From Gemmatimonadota bacterium (GTDB taxonomy: Bacteria > Gemmatimonadota > Gemmatimonadetes > Gemmatimonadales > GWC2-71-9): DNA of 64,000 nucleotides. Under the pieces are notes generated by a model. It did not search any database and had not been told where the DNA came from. It saw only the letters and a list, made by a program, of their open reading frames with translations. The position numbers were made by a program, and so were the translations under genes. Below, one piece after another: positions 27,993 through 36,699 of this stretch. Position 1 is the first letter of the stretch, and every line of letters starts with the position of its first letter. The stretch is taken from assembly GCA_036679645.1 (NCBI GenBank), contig JAZDCY010000026.1, positions 1-64,000 on the forward strand. The letters run 5' to 3'.

Positions 27993-30900
27993 ATGTCTTC
28001 CCGTCGAGTCGTCTTCGCCACGATCCTTGCCACCCTCGCTATGGCCCTCACGACACTCACCCCGTCGCCCGTCGAGGCCCAACGCGGCCGGCGTGGCGAG
28101 GGAGGGGACGATGCCGACTCTACGAGCCGCAGTCCGCTCGAGCGCGCCGTGCGCGGGCTAAGCCTCCGCTCGATCGGCCCCGCAGTCGTATCCGGACGCA
28201 TCAGCGACATCGCCATCCATCCGAGTGATCCCTTCACGTGGTACCTTGCAACCGCGTCCGGCGGTGTGTGGAAGACCACCAACGCCGGTACCACGTTCTC
28301 GCCCATCATGGACCGCGAGGGGTCGTATTCTTTTGGCGCGGTGGTGATCGACCCGAACAATCCCAACGTGGTATGGGCGGGGAGCGGTGAGAATAACCCA
28401 CAACGGTCGGTCTCCTACGGCGACGGCATCTACAAGTCCGTTGACGGCGGGCGCACTTGGCGGAACGTCGGGCTGCCGAATTCCGAACACATCGCCAGAA
28501 TCTTGATCGATCCCCGCAACTCCGACGTCGTGTACGTCGCATCCCAGGGACCAGTCTACAACAGCGGCGGGGACCGCGGTCTTTACAAGACGGAGGACGG
28601 CGGCGCGACATGGACCAAGATCCTCGATGCCGGTGAGTGGGCCGGCGTGACCGACGTCGTGATGGATCCGCGTAACCCCGACGTCCTGATTGCGGCCACC
28701 TGGCAGCGCGCGCGCCGGCAGTGGACGCTCATCGCCGGTGGACCGGAATCCGGCATCCATCGCTCCACCGACGGCGGTACCACCTGGACCCGGTCGCAAC
28801 GTGGTCTCACGAGCGAGGAGCTTGGTCGCATTGGGCTCGCCATCTCGCCGGTGAACCCGGATATCGTCTACGCCATCGTCGAAGCGGCCAACGACGGGAG
28901 CGGATTCTACCGCTCTTCCAATAACGGCATCAGCTGGCAACGCATGGGCGACCAGAGCTCGAGCGGCAACTATTACCAGGAGATCTTCACCGACCCGGCA
29001 AACGTCGACCGCGTGTATCTCATGAATACGCGGCTCGTTGTCACCGATGACGGCGGACGCAACTGGCGCAGGCTGAGCCAGTCGCACAAGCACGTGGACA
29101 ACCACGCCATCTGGATCGATCCCAATGATACCGACCACTTCCTGATCGGCACCGACGGCGGTCTCTACGAGACGCACGATCTGGGCGAGCACTACGCCTG
29201 GTTCAACAACCTGCCCCTGGGTCAGTTCTACCGCGTGGAGGTAGACAGCACGCGGCCGTTCTACCGCGTGTTCGGCGGAACGCAGGACAACAGTTCGGTC
29301 GGAGGCCCATCGCAGACGCGCACACGCCGCGGCGCCGACAACGGCGATTGGTTTCTGACACAGGGCGGCGACGGGTTCTATTCGCGCATCGATCCCACCG
29401 ATCCCAACATCATGTACGCGGAGTCGCAATACGCCGGCCTCACGCGATTCAACCTGGCAACAGGCGAACGCGTGTCGATCCGGCCCGAACCGGAGCCGGG
29501 CGCCCCTGCTCCGCGTTGGCACTGGGACGCACCGCTCGTCATCAGCCCGCACTCCGCCTCACGGCTCTACTTCGCGTCGCAACGCGTGTACCGCAGCGAC
29601 GACCGCGGCAGTAGCTGGACGGTCGTGAGTCCCGATCTCACGGCACAAATCGACCGCAACCGGCTCCAGATGATGGGACGCGTGTGGAGCGTCGATGCCG
29701 TCGCGAAGAACCGGTCGACCTCGACGTGGAACAGCATCGTGACAATGGCCGAGTCGTTCCTGCAGGAGGGATTGATTTGGGTAGGGTCGGACGACGGTGT
29801 CATTCAGGTCACCGAGGACGGCGGAGAGAACTGGCGGCGTATCGAATCGATCCGCGGTATTCCTGACACGACATTCATCTCGCGTGTGACGCCGTCTGCG
29901 CATGACGCGAACACGGTGTACGTGTCGTTCGACAACCACAAGGCGGGCGACAACCACCCGTACATCGCGAAGAGCACCGATCTGGGCCGCTCCTGGGAGG
30001 TGATTCAGAACAACCTGCCCGAACGCGGCACCGTCTATACCGTGATCGAGGACTACAAGGACCCCAACCTGCTCTACGCTGGTACCGAGTTCGGGCTGTT
30101 CTTCTCGAACGACGGCGGCGAGCAGTGGACGCGGCTCCGCAGCGGGCTCCCGACGATCATGGTGCGAGACCTCGTGCTCCAGACGCAGCACGACGACCTG
30201 GTGCTCGCCACCTTCGGGCGCGGCTTCTACATCTTCGAACATCTCGAGACGCTGCGCGCGTTGACGCCTGAGTTTCTCGCCGGAGACGGCGGGCTGCTCC
30301 CGGTGAACCGGGCACCGATGTTCGTCGCGTCCAACCCCGACCCGGGGTGGCAGGGTGCGACGTTCTGGACGGCGGACAATCCGAGCGCCGGCGCGACATT
30401 CTATTATTTCGTCCCAGAGACCATCCGTACCCAGCGCCAGCAACGGCAACGCGCCGAGCGCGCTGCGGCCAAACGGGGCGAGGACGTGTTCTACCCGTCG
30501 TGGGATCAGCTCCGCACGGAGGACTTGGAAGATGATCCGACGATGCTGCTCACGATTACGGACCAGGAGGGCCGCGTCGTGCGGCGGCTCACCGGCTCGA
30601 CCTCGGCCGGCCTAAAGCGTGAGACGTGGAACTTGCGCTACCCCGGCGCTGCGCCCATTCGTAGCCAGACAGGTGGTGGAGGCGGCGGGTTCGGTGGATT
30701 CGGGTTCGGTGGCGGGTCGGGCCCGTACGTCGTGCCGGGCACCTACACGGTGTCGCTCGCCAGCGTCGTGAACGGCGAGATCACGCAAGTCGGGGAGCCA
30801 CAAAGTTTCGAGGTCGATCAACTGGACGGTGCGGCGCACGCGCGTTCGCCCGAGGTCCTCGCGTTCCAACAGCGGGCTCTCGCACTCCAGCGCGCCATGC

Positions 30901-31319
30901 TCGGCGCCAACGCGGCGGCGGGCGAGGCGATGACCCGCATCGGCTTCCTGGAACGTGCGCTCATGAACACACCCGGAGCCGATCCGCAGCTCGCGGACGA
31001 TCTGGGGGCGGTCGAGGACAGCGTGCGTGCCATCCAGGAGACGATGAGCGGTGAACGCACGTTCCAGCGCCGTAACGAACCGTCACCGAGGTCGCTCATG
31101 AACCGACTCGGCCGGTTCACCGGTGGTGCGTGGTCGGGTTCACTCCAGGAAGTGACCGGCATGCAGCGACGCCAGTACGAGATCGTCGCCGCCGAATTGG
31201 GCGGCATCCTCGATCGGCTGAGCCGGGCGATCGACGTGGACCTCAAACGCATCGAGGATGCGGCGGAGGCCGCGGGTGCCCCGTGGACGAGCGGGCGCGT
31301 GCCTAGTTGGAGACCGTAG
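27993..31319 (+). CDS. Secreted BNR/Asp-box (VPS10/sortilin-like) beta-propeller protein, usually annotated glycosyl hydrolase
   Basis: Signal peptide; RSIGPAVVSGRISDI; many S/T-x-D-G-G-x-T/S-W repeats; helical C-terminus. Confidence 0.9.
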   Translation: MSSRRVVFATILATLAMALTTLTPSPVEAQRGRRGEGGDDADSTSRSPLERAVRGLSLRSIGPAVVSGRISDIAIHPSDPFTWYLATASGGVWKTTNAGTTFSPIMDREGSYSFGAVVIDPNNPNVVWAGSGENNPQRSVSYGDGIYKSVDGGRTWRNVGLPNSEHIARILIDPRNSDVVYVASQGPVYNSGGDRGLYKTEDGGATWTKILDAGEWAGVTDVVMDPRNPDVLIAATWQRARRQWTLIAGGPESGIHRSTDGGTTWTRSQRGLTSEELGRIGLAISPVNPDIVYAIVEAANDGSGFYRSSNNGISWQRMGDQSSSGNYYQEIFTDPANVDRVYLMNTRLVVTDDGGRNWRRLSQSHKHVDNHAIWIDPNDTDHFLIGTDGGLYETHDLGEHYAWFNNLPLGQFYRVEVDSTRPFYRVFGGTQDNSSVGGPSQTRTRRGADNGDWFLTQGGDGFYSRIDPTDPNIMYAESQYAGLTRFNLATGERVSIRPEPEPGAPAPRWHWDAPLVISPHSASRLYFASQRVYRSDDRGSSWTVVSPDLTAQIDRNRLQMMGRVWSVDAVAKNRSTSTWNSIVTMAESFLQEGLIWVGSDDGVIQVTEDGGENWRRIESIRGIPDTTFISRVTPSAHDANTVYVSFDNHKAGDNHPYIAKSTDLGRSWEVIQNNLPERGTVYTVIEDYKDPNLLYAGTEFGLFFSNDGGEQWTRLRSGLPTIMVRDLVLQTQHDDLVLATFGRGFYIFEHLETLRALTPEFLAGDGGLLPVNRAPMFVASNPDPGWQGATFWTADNPSAGATFYYFVPETIRTQRQQRQRAERAAAKRGEDVFYPSWDQLRTEDLEDDPTMLLTITDQEGRVVRRLTGSTSAGLKRETWNLRYPGAAPIRSQTGGGGGGFGGFGFGGGSGPYVVPGTYTVSLASVVNGEITQVGEPQSFEVDQLDGAAHARSPEVLAFQQRALALQRAMLGANAAAGEAMTRIGFLERALMNTPGADPQLADDLGAVEDSVRAIQETMSGERTFQRRNEPSPRSLMNRLGRFTGGAWSGSLQEVTGMQRRQYEIVAAELGGILDRLSRAIDVDLKRIEDAAEAAGAPWTSGRVPSWRP

Positions 31320-31368
31320 CCCAGCACGCCGCCCTGCACTGGCGGGAAGGCGGGAAGGCGGGATGCGA

Positions 31369-31624
31369 TCAGAAGATCCCTTCCCGCACTTCAGGCCCTT
31401 GCGGAGTTCCACGACCGGCGTAGCCTCGACCGACGTGTTCTCCGGCAGGGGCACGTCTCCTTTTTCCTTCCCCAGCTGCACGATGGTCTTGAGTTTGTTC
31501 AGAACGCTCGAGCCCGACACGGCGCTCTGCGCGTCGTAGTAGTAGTCGAACCACGGAAGACCGGCCCGCTCGTACTCCCTGGCCGTGGGCGGGGTGGCAG
31601 TTGGTCGTTCTCAAGCTCGATCAT
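31369..31624 (-). pseudogene. Internally deleted, frameshifted XRE-partner gene
   Basis: AGGAGG RBS and MIELENDQL, then out-of-frame TPPTAREYERAGLPWFDYY...LPENTSV...LRKGLK, then a second shift to VREGIF*. Confidence 0.7.
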
Positions 31625-31648
31625 TCTTGCCTCCTGCCTTCACGGGCG

Positions 31649-32002
31649 CTACCAGGTGCCGTCTCGCACCTCTCGTACAATCCGAAGAACCGCCCGGTCG
31701 GGTTGGTCCTTGAGCTGTCTGATTAGCTCGGCGAAGAGCGCGGGGCGTTTGCGGATGGCATCCTGCAGATCCGACGAGACCTTACCTCCCAGCGCGAGCA
31801 GAACGTCTGGGTCTTCGCCCAGCTCCCGAGCCAACCCCACGATCTTTGCCTCGCCCGGCGGGGCCACCTCGCCCCGCTCCACCTTGCTCAGGTAGGACGG
31901 CTCGACGCCAATCCGCTGAGCGACTTGCCGCACGGAGTAGGTGGGACTCTGGGCGCGAAGCCGTTCCCTGGCCTGGCGTACGTAGCGGCCGAACGTGCTC
32001 AT
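31649..32002 (-). CDS. XRE-family HTH transcriptional regulator
   Basis: FGRYVRQARE...SVRQVAQRIGVEPSYLSKVERGEVAPP. Confidence 0.93.
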   Translation of the reverse strand: MSTFGRYVRQARERLRAQSPTYSVRQVAQRIGVEPSYLSKVERGEVAPPGEAKIVGLARELGEDPDVLLALGGKVSSDLQDAIRKRPALFAELIRQLKDQPDRAVLRIVREVRDGTW

Positions 32003-32013
32003 AGACCATGTAG

Positions 32014-32042
32014 TATATAGTACACAGTACTCATCGAGTCAA
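32014..32042 (-). promoter_or_regulatory. Sigma70-type promoter of the XRE gene (short or no leader)
   Basis: Minus strand TTGACT-N17-TATATA ending 11 nt before ATG 32002; no SD; overlapping GTACT repeats. Confidence 0.6.
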
Positions 32043-32105
32043 CCGGCCGCACGGACTCGCCACTTCTGACACAACGTCTTCCTTCTTGGAGTTATCGTTC
32101 GCCCC

Positions 32106-33906
32106 ATGAACACACGACATCTGTTGACCGCCCTGACCATCTCGACCGCCGTCGCGCCGCCACTCACGCTCACAGCCGCGCAGACCATCACCTACGACGT
32201 CCGGTTCCCCAACGTCGTCCATCACGAGGCCGAGATCTCGTTCACCGTGCGCGACCTCGCCGCAGGCCCACTCGAAGTGCGAATGAGCCGTTCGTCACCG
32301 GGACGATACGCGCTGCACGAGTTCGCCAAGAACGTCTCCAACGTTCGCGTCACGGACGCTGCCGGCAACGTCCTGCCGGTTACGCGATCGGATCCCTACT
32401 CCTGGCACGTTCCTGAACATCCCGGCACCGTGCGCGTGACTTACACGCTCTTCGCCAACCGGGCGGGCGGAACGTACTCCCAGGTGGATGAGAGCCACGC
32501 GCACCTCAACATGCCGGCGGCATTCATGTGGGCGGCGGGGCTCGACGACCGGCCCATCGAGATCGCATTCCACCCACCCGCCGAGAGCGCATGGCGCATT
32601 GCGACCCAGCTGTTTCCCGGCGACGAGCCCAACAGGTTCACGGCACCCAGCCTTCAGTACTTCATGGACAGTCCCACCGAACTCTCGTCGTTCGCGCTGC
32701 GCGAATGGCCCGTGGAGCACGACGGGACAACGTACACCATACGACTCGCCATCCATCATCTGGGGACTGAGGCCGAGGTAGACGCGTACGCTGAGGTCGT
32801 GCGCAACGTCGTCCAACAGGAGATCGCGGTGTTTGGCGAGCCGGCCCCCTATGACGGCGGCACCTACACGTTTATTGCGGATTACCTCCCGTGGGCTTCG
32901 GGCGACGGTATGGAGCACCGCAACTCGACGATCCTGGCATCGCGTGCATCGCTCGCGCGGGCCGCACAACAACTCATCGGCACGGTGAGCCACGAGTTTT
33001 TCCACTCGTGGAACGTCGAGCGGATTCGGCCTGCATCGCTCGAGCCGTTCGATTTCACGCGCGCCAACATGTCACGCGCGTTGTGGTTCGCCGAAGGCTT
33101 CACGAGCTACTACACATCGCTAATCCTGCGGCGGGCGGGCCTGAGGTCGGATAACGACTACGCACAGTCCATCTCGAGCGGACTCGATTTCGTGATTGAG
33201 CATGCAGGCTCCGTTCGTGGACGCGGCCACGGCCGTCGACCCCACGAACCGCGAGAACACGTTCATCTCCTACTACACGTGGGGCTCGGTGATCGGGCTG
33301 GCCCTCGACCTCACCCTCCGCAGCCGGTTCGACATCACGCTCGACGCGTACATGCGGCGCATGTGGCTCGACTACGGGAAACCCGAGCGGTTCTACACGG
33401 TGGACGATCTCGAGAATGCGCTGGCCGGACTCACCGCAGACTCCGCCTTCGCCGCCGACTTCTTTGCCCGGTACATCCGCGGGCACGATGTCGCCGACTA
33501 CGCCGCGCTCCTCGCGCACGCCGCGTTCATAATGCGCCCCTCGCGCCCGGGGGGTGCGTTCCTGGGCTTCGTGCAACTCGAGTACCGTGAGGACGGAGCG
33601 CTGGTGAAGGGCAATACACGACGTGGCGCGCCGCTGTATGCGGCCGGGGTAGATGCCGGCGACCGGATCGTCTCGATCGGCGGAGACACTCTGCGCTCGA
33701 ATTCCGATTGGCAGGCGATCAAGGCCGCACACCGCCCCGGCGAAACTGTGGACATCGTCTACGAGTCGCGCGGGCGTCGTCGCCTCGCGAGGCTGACGTT
33801 CGCTGAAGATCCTCGACTCGAGGTCGTGACGTACGAGGAGGCGGGACGCACCGTCACGGACGCGGCGCGCACGTTTCGGGAGGCGTGGCTGGGTCGCCAG
33901 CCGTAG
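32106..33906 (+). pseudogene. M61 glycyl aminopeptidase with PDZ domain, frameshifted at ~33195
   Basis: SPGRYALHEFAKN, GDGMEHRNS, SHEFFHSWN, LWFAEGFTSYY in frame 1; SMQAPFVDAA...SYYTWG and PDZ (AAGVDAGDRIVSI) in frame 2. Confidence 0.85.
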
Positions 33907-34184
33907 CGGGAGCGCGCCCATCATCGTGATCGACGCCGCCGCATTCGCGCCGTCTCCGTGGCCGCTGCTTGCGGAGCCTCCCCAGCTAGAGCCGGAGCCC
34001 CAGACCCAAGGTCACGGCCCCATGGCTGAGCCTGCCCGCGTCACCTCGGCCATGACGCCAAACAATGTCGCTCGGCGCCCTTCAGAAAACTGCGCCGCGA
34101 CACGTGTGCGTGGTCTCTGGACACGCGGGATGACTACCCCATCTCCTGCGGGCCGTGCCGCCCGTGTGGACTCGTCAAGACGCC

Positions 34185-34218
34185 GAACGGGCGAAACCGT
34201 TATCGGTTCCGCCCGTTC
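34185..34218. terminator. Long hairpin downstream of 34242-34931
   Basis: GAACGGGCG-a-AACCG-ttat-CGGTT-c-CGCCCGTTC. Confidence 0.55.
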
Positions 34219-34241
34219 AGTGTATTTGGAGTGGTCTGTGG

Positions 34242-34931
34242 CTAGTATGCAGCGCGCGCCGGGCGAGCCGCATTGTCTCCGGGGATCTGCGAATGCATCA
34301 CCACGCGCAACACGCCGGTCTGCAGATCGACGTCCCAGAACGCCACACGCGGTCGCAGGAACTTGCTCACGTGCGTGGTCGTGAGCGTGTCGGGAGTCGT
34401 ATCTAGAAACTCCAACACCTCGAGACGCATTGCCGCATACGAACTGGCCGACGCCTTGGCGGAGAGCCGGAGCGTCATCTTGTCGATTAGCATGCGCTGT
34501 ACCGCGCTTTGCGTGATGTCGAGCAGACGCTGAACGTAACCGGCCAACTCGGCCCCGCCGCTCTTGGCGCGACGCTGCTCGAGTTTCTTTGCGGTAGCTG
34601 GCTCGCACAACTCGAACAGTTGGCGCCGCACCGTAGGCTTAGGCCCCGCGACGCGCTTTGGCGCGGTGGCTTCCCGCTCAGTGCGCGCGCAATTGGCCAA
34701 GTCGTTTCGGCTGAGCCCGAGAAACGAAGTCATGCGATCGTAGATATCAGTCCGGCCGGGCCGCGGGGGCCGGCGGCGGCCGGCGATGAGATCATCGATG
34801 TATTCTTTCGGTACGTCGACGGTGTCGGCAAGTTCCTGTACCGTTTTTTCGGTCTCTTTCAGGCGTTGACGCAACAGCTTTGCTACCGTGGTGTCCTTAC
34901 TGGGCGGCGACGGTTTCACGCGCATGACCAT
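34242..34931 (-). CDS. Hypothetical protein with N-terminal XRE-like HTH
   Basis: LLRQRLKETEKTVQELADTVDVPKEYIDDLIAGRRRPP; AAAGGA RBS. Confidence 0.75.
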   Translation of the reverse strand: MVMRVKPSPPSKDTTVAKLLRQRLKETEKTVQELADTVDVPKEYIDDLIAGRRRPPRPGRTDIYDRMTSFLGLSRNDLANCARTEREATAPKRVAGPKPTVRRQLFELCEPATAKKLEQRRAKSGGAELAGYVQRLLDITQSAVQRMLIDKMTLRLSAKASASSYAAMRLEVLEFLDTTPDTLTTTHVSKFLRPRVAFWDVDLQTGVLRVVMHSQIPGDNAARPARAAY

Positions 34932-34974
34932 CCTTTCGGTTCAGCGCACGGGACATCATATGGCGTTGGGCCGA

Positions 34975-34988
34975 GGGTATCGATACCC
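34975..34988. promoter_or_regulatory. Perfect 14-bp palindrome upstream of the HTH gene
   Basis: GGGTATCGATACCC, 43 bp upstream of ATG 34931. Confidence 0.45.
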
Positions 34989-35162
34989 GAATTCGCAAAC
35001 GGAGTTCATATGCAAGGTAACGAGATGGCGGTCGATTCTGCAGTGCTCGTCGTGCGTGCGAACGACAATTCGCATTGCTCCCACGCCCCCCCCCCCCCGC
35101 CCCCCAGTCCGGCGGAGACGGGGGGCAAAGACCGGTGAGCCAGCACTAGCTTCGAGCGACGC

Positions 35163-35939
35163 CTACGACGGGACGGAGTGCAGTGCGAAGGCCACCCCCT
35201 GCGGGTCCTTGCATTGGGCTATCATGCCGCCGCCCGGCACCTCCATGGGCCCGTGCAGCACCTGACCGCCTTCTGCCTTGACGGTCACAACGGTTGCGTT
35301 CACGTCGGGCACCTCGACGTAGTAGAGCCATGTCGGGGCCGGGACCGGCATCTTGGCACTCCAGTTGAACATGCCGCCCAGCGGCCATTTCCCAAACCCG
35401 TACATACGGTAGATGCCCATCTCCCCCATATCCATGTCGTCGGTCTTGGACCAGTCGAACAGCTTGGCATAGAAGTCGAACGCGGCCTCGTAGTCGGTGG
35501 TGGCCAGTTCGTGCCACGAGAATTGCTTCACTTCCGCCGGCGCATCTTCCGGCATGCCGTGCGCCCCCTCGAATATGGCGAACACCATGCCCTGCGGATC
35601 GGCGAGCACGGCAAAGGTGCCGGTGTCCGGAACCTCGGTGGGTTCCTTGAGGACCTTCCCACCGAGTTCGACCGCCTTCTTCAGCGTCGCACCGCAATCC
35701 GGCGTCGAGACGTACGCGAGCCAATGCGCCGGTGCCCCCGCGGCTTTGGCCTCGTCGGGCAGCGCCATGAGCCCGCCGAGTGGGGCCTTGGGAGCGTGGG
35801 TCCACATGGTATACGGCATGGGGCCATCCCACTGCATAGTGCCCCACCCGATCACCTTGGTGTAGAACGCCTGCGCGGCGTCCACGTCCGTTGTCATGAG
35901 GTCGTACCAGACGAATCGACCGAGTACGTTTTTGGCCAT
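35163..35939 (-). CDS. Two-domain VOC/glyoxalase family protein (CFP32-like)
   Basis: AGGAGG RBS; GRFVWYDLMTTD...FAVLADPQG; FSWHELATTD...DPQGVAFAL. Confidence 0.92.
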   Translation of the reverse strand: MAKNVLGRFVWYDLMTTDVDAAQAFYTKVIGWGTMQWDGPMPYTMWTHAPKAPLGGLMALPDEAKAAGAPAHWLAYVSTPDCGATLKKAVELGGKVLKEPTEVPDTGTFAVLADPQGMVFAIFEGAHGMPEDAPAEVKQFSWHELATTDYEAAFDFYAKLFDWSKTDDMDMGEMGIYRMYGFGKWPLGGMFNWSAKMPVPAPTWLYYVEVPDVNATVVTVKAEGGQVLHGPMEVPGGGMIAQCKDPQGVAFALHSVPS

Positions 35940-36087
35940 GAGGCCCTCCTGGGCAGAGTTGTCCTGGCCGGCACCCTCATGGTTGCGGGCACTGGCGCGG
36001 GGCGAATATATACCGAAGATCGTATCGAGGCCAGTCCTCTGACGGGATCGGGTGGACTTGGAGCACGTCGATCGCCATGCTGTTTTC

Positions 36088-36187
36088 TGTGGAGGACGTG
36101 AACACCTGTCATCCACAAATCCACAGTGCGTGGGAAACGTTCGTGACTCACGCCTTCCCGTTGTTCTGCATCCACACCGGCTCCACA
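36088..36187. repeat. Cluster of five TCCACA (DnaA-box-like) motifs
   Basis: TCCTCCACA (- strand, 36088-96), TCATCCACA 36109-17, AAATCCACA 36117-25, GCATCCACA 36168-76, GGCTCCACA 36179-87. Confidence 0.45.
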
Positions 36188-36375
36188 CACCAGAATTCGG
36201 CCGAAGAAAGAACGGCGCTTGCGGCGCGCTTGCGTTTCCCTAGCTTGGTGCCGTTCCAGGTACGGCCCGTCGTCGGTCGCCATCCTCCGACACCATCTGG
36301 CCCCGAGAGCAGACAACGATCGAGTACTCCGAAATCGGCATCCAGAAGATCGGCCAGCAGGCCGCGACCGATCTC

Positions 36376-36609
36376 ATGTGCGTGCGTTGCCCCAGGGATA
36401 GCGCGGTGATGCGCATCCTCTCATGTCGTGTCGTGTCCGCCGCGGACCCCACCGCGCGATCCCAAACGAGAGACAGGATTCCAAAAGGCCGAGAGTGGGT
36501 CGTACGCCACATCGATTTTGAGTGCCCCGCATGTCGGCGCCGCGCAATGCGGATCGCCTATTCCCCAGAATCGCAACAACCTGAGACAGCAGTTACCACT
36601 AGCGCCTAG
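36376..36609 (+). CDS. Possible small zinc-ribbon protein or remnant
   Basis: CVRC...FECPACRRR; frame stays open upstream to a stop at 36241 with no start codon. Confidence 0.35.
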   Translation: MCVRCPRDSAVMRILSCRVVSAADPTARSQTRDRIPKGREWVVRHIDFECPACRRRAMRIAYSPESQQPETAVTTSA

Positions 36610-36699
36610 GCGCCGGCGGATGTCGCTGGAACGAGGTGGCGGGAAGGGTTGCGCGAAGGGATGAGCGGGCTTGTGAGACCCCAGTGCAAAGGGGCCGCT

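Noticed and set aside
30670..30722. GGY-rich repeat-like DNA in the VPS10 gene
   Set aside because: Encodes a Gly/Phe low-complexity linker (GGGGGGFGGFGFGGGSG), not an independent repeat element.
31341..31364. GGCGGGAA x3 short tandem repeat
   Set aside because: Only three units between convergent gene ends; no further structure.
33180..33215. Programmed ribosomal frameshift in the M61 gene
   Set aside because: No slippery heptamer, and coding sequence appears to be missing rather than merely shifted.
33926..34384. 152-aa + strand ORF and other frames in this gap
   Set aside because: Pro/Arg/Ala-rich, no RBS or motif, and it crosses a hairpin and the convergent gene.
36050..36240. oriC
   Set aside because: Boxes are degenerate, with no AT-rich unwinding element and no dnaA/dnaN/gidA nearby; kept only as a box cluster.
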